Source: Shigella phage ESh16
DNA length: 64,000 bases
Strand: one strand, 5' to 3'
Sequence record: ON528726
Shown here piece by piece: positions 59,634 through 64,000 of the stretch. Made by a program: the position numbers and the translations under genes. The notes beneath the pieces are model-generated. The model saw only the letters and a list, made by a program, of their open reading frames with translations. It was not told the DNA's origin and searched no databases. Each line of letters starts with the position of its first letter. The stretch's first letter is position 1.

Positions 59634-61613
59634 TTAACCTGCAAGACCAGTTAACTCATCGAAATCTGCACCAGTAGCAGTTGCTACGAAGTTTAAGGTA
59701 ATGTAGTTAATGCTTCTAGCCGGTTGGATGTAGAATGTTGCAACAAACTCATTTCTATCAATTACTGACGGAGTGTTATTTGTTGTATCGCAAACTACAC
59801 GATATTCATAAATTCCACCGAGAGCTTTAATTCCCTGCAAGTACTGGGAAGTTTCTGTGCGGAACGATGAACGAGTAAACGCGTTGTTTAATTCGAACAA
59901 ACGATATTTTGAACTACGTCCGATATTCGTTTTCAACATATTAAACAGACGACGAACGTTAATACGATCAAATGGAGAAGGAACAGAAGTAGCTGTTTTA
60001 TCACCATACAATACGTAACCATCACCACCTGTACCAGTTACTGGGTTGATAGCTTCTTGATATAAACGGTCGCGCTGCGCCTGGCGAGTTTCAATAGCAA
60101 GTTTAATAACGTTCAAAATCTGGCCGCGATTATAACCAGCTGGAGACATCCAAGTCTGAGAAACGTTATCGGTTCTCGCGCATAAACCAGCAATATCAGC
60201 TGCTAATGGAACCCAACGATTTACATCATTATATTTGTCATACTGATACTTGTAGTTACCATCAATTGCTGCGTAGGTTGAACTGATATTAAAGTTATTA
60301 TCAGTGTATGAACCTGTTGCAGTTCTCCAATTGACTAAGTTATCAACAGCACGAGTTACAGGAATTCCAACTACAGTTTCACGCGGTGGCGAGCACAGTA
60401 CTAAGCAATCTTGGCGAGCATCCCCAATTGAAACGACGTGTTTTTGGACAGTAGATGCTGTTTCTAAAGATTCACCGGCACAAGAACCCGCAATAAACAA
60501 CTGAACATCAACAGATTCACGGTCAGCAAAGAAGTCCCAAGCTTCCATCAAATCTCCTGCTGTTACTTCAGCATTTGATGATAATCCACCAGACAGAGTT
60601 AAAATTCCAGAGAAGCCTTCTGGCCAGTTTTGTGCAGTTGCGAAAATATATTCTGAACCACCTTTTGCGAAAAAGTCGTCAATATAGATGTTACTATCGT
60701 AAATATCTTTTTCACCTCGCTTTGTCGAAAGAACAACGCTTTGAACAATAGCATCATTGCGACGAACTATAATAGCATATTGTGAATCAGTTTGTGGTCC
60801 ATATCCAAACACTGCTTTGGCAGTAGATGCGCGTGTTCCGCCACCTGGATAAATTGGGAGTAATGCAGAAGCACCTTTTGCGTAGTCAGCTTTAGATACG
60901 ATTTCAATTTCGATTTTATCGCCCAACTCGCCTGGATAAAGAGCTACTACTCCTGGAATTCCATATTTTTCGAGATTTGCCTGAAAGTCAACAGCTGTCA
61001 TAGCAGCTTCGGCATTTTCAATTTCAGCTAATAAAATACCAGAATCAGTAATAATTTTTCCAAGAGTTATTACTGCGGCTAAACCAGAGGAAGACGAAGA
61101 AATTTCCGCGGTCCAGTTAGAACCTAATGCTGGATATTCGCCTACTTCTTTCGCTTTAGCGATAATTTTTGCGGTAGGAATATTAATTTTCTTAATTTTT
61201 CCATCAGCATCTACTTCGGTAACTTTACATTCTGTTTCAACATCTTCTGAAACATACTTAACCGTGATTTTATCTCCAACCGCGTAGTTACTACCTGGGG
61301 TAGAAATAGTGTATTCAATATTACCAGCAATCGGAGATGAGTTTTTAGCGGTATCTCTATCGACAGCGCGTACAACTCGCAAATCATTTCCGTATTGTAA
61401 GAAATTCATTGCAGACATAAAATAGTCAGCAGTTTCAGCTGTAGGTTGACCAAAAGTATTAACTAAATCTACTTCATTTGTAACCTGTTTAATTTGAAAA
61501 GCAGGACCCCACTGGAATTTACCGGCCAAAGCTGCTGTACCAGTAGAGTTATTAACCACGGTGCTTTGAACCGTAGTTTCTTTGAGCTCAATGCCCGGAG
61601 ATAATAAAGTCAT
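59634..61613 (-). CDS. 18: Contractile tail sheath protein gp18 (659 aa)
   Basis: Size identical to T4 gp18; synteny. Confidence 0.95.
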   Translation of the reverse strand: MTLLSPGIELKETTVQSTVVNNSTGTAALAGKFQWGPAFQIKQVTNEVDLVNTFGQPTAETADYFMSAMNFLQYGNDLRVVRAVDRDTAKNSSPIAGNIEYTISTPGSNYAVGDKITVKYVSEDVETECKVTEVDADGKIKKINIPTAKIIAKAKEVGEYPALGSNWTAEISSSSSGLAAVITLGKIITDSGILLAEIENAEAAMTAVDFQANLEKYGIPGVVALYPGELGDKIEIEIVSKADYAKGASALLPIYPGGGTRASTAKAVFGYGPQTDSQYAIIVRRNDAIVQSVVLSTKRGEKDIYDSNIYIDDFFAKGGSEYIFATAQNWPEGFSGILTLSGGLSSNAEVTAGDLMEAWDFFADRESVDVQLFIAGSCAGESLETASTVQKHVVSIGDARQDCLVLCSPPRETVVGIPVTRAVDNLVNWRTATGSYTDNNFNISSTYAAIDGNYKYQYDKYNDVNRWVPLAADIAGLCARTDNVSQTWMSPAGYNRGQILNVIKLAIETRQAQRDRLYQEAINPVTGTGGDGYVLYGDKTATSVPSPFDRINVRRLFNMLKTNIGRSSKYRLFELNNAFTRSSFRTETSQYLQGIKALGGIYEYRVVCDTTNNTPSVIDRNEFVATFYIQPARSINYITLNFVATATGADFDELTGLAG

Positions 61614-61641
61614 TTTTAATCCTCTTTAATATGCTTTAATA

Positions 61642-64000
<2,359 letters not shown>

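Overview
This window is a contiguous ~64 kb segment of a T4-like (T-even, Tevenvirinae) phage genome, read in the opposite orientation to the usual T4 map, spanning gene 38 through the 3' end of gene 15. Several proteins (gp32, RNase H, Rnl1, Rnl2, Pnk, ligase, UvsY, TS) are recognisably near-identical to T4 from memory; no database search was run. Gene order: long-tail-fibre module on the minus strand (38 partial, 37, 36, 35, 34); early/middle replication and nucleotide-metabolism block on the plus strand (rnh, dsbA, 33, 59, 32, four small ORFs, frd, an extra ORF, td, nrdA.2/.1-like, nrdA, nrdB, denA, rnlA, alc, four small ORFs, pseT, cd.5-cd.1, cd, 31.2, 31.1, 31, rIII, nine ORFs matching 30.9-30.1, 30, two tandem Alt-like ADP-ribosyltransferases); baseplate/tail genes 54, 48, 29, 28, 27, 51 (minus) and 26, 25 (plus); uvsY cluster, uvsW/uvsW.1, segE, inh, hoc, rnlB; then head/tail/packaging genes 24, 23, 22, 21, 68, 67, 20, 19, 18, 17, 16 (minus). 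No rRNA, tRNA or CRISPR array was found. I see no strong evidence of a wholly new multi-gene system. The points most worth follow-up are: a T2/S16-type receptor module (gp37 with C-terminal self-cleaving chaperone-like domain plus Gly-rich gp38 adhesin); an expanded Hoc with three near-identical 288-bp Ig-domain repeats; a ~400 bp insertion with an ORFan at the normally overlapping frd-td junction; tandem Alt paralogs; a NADAR-like/HAD-like gene pair near them; near-identical promoter-stem-loop cassettes at two loci; and an ORF-free, apparently GC-richer ~400 bp island after rIII. Coordinates of small regulatory motifs were counted by hand and may be off by 1-2 nt.
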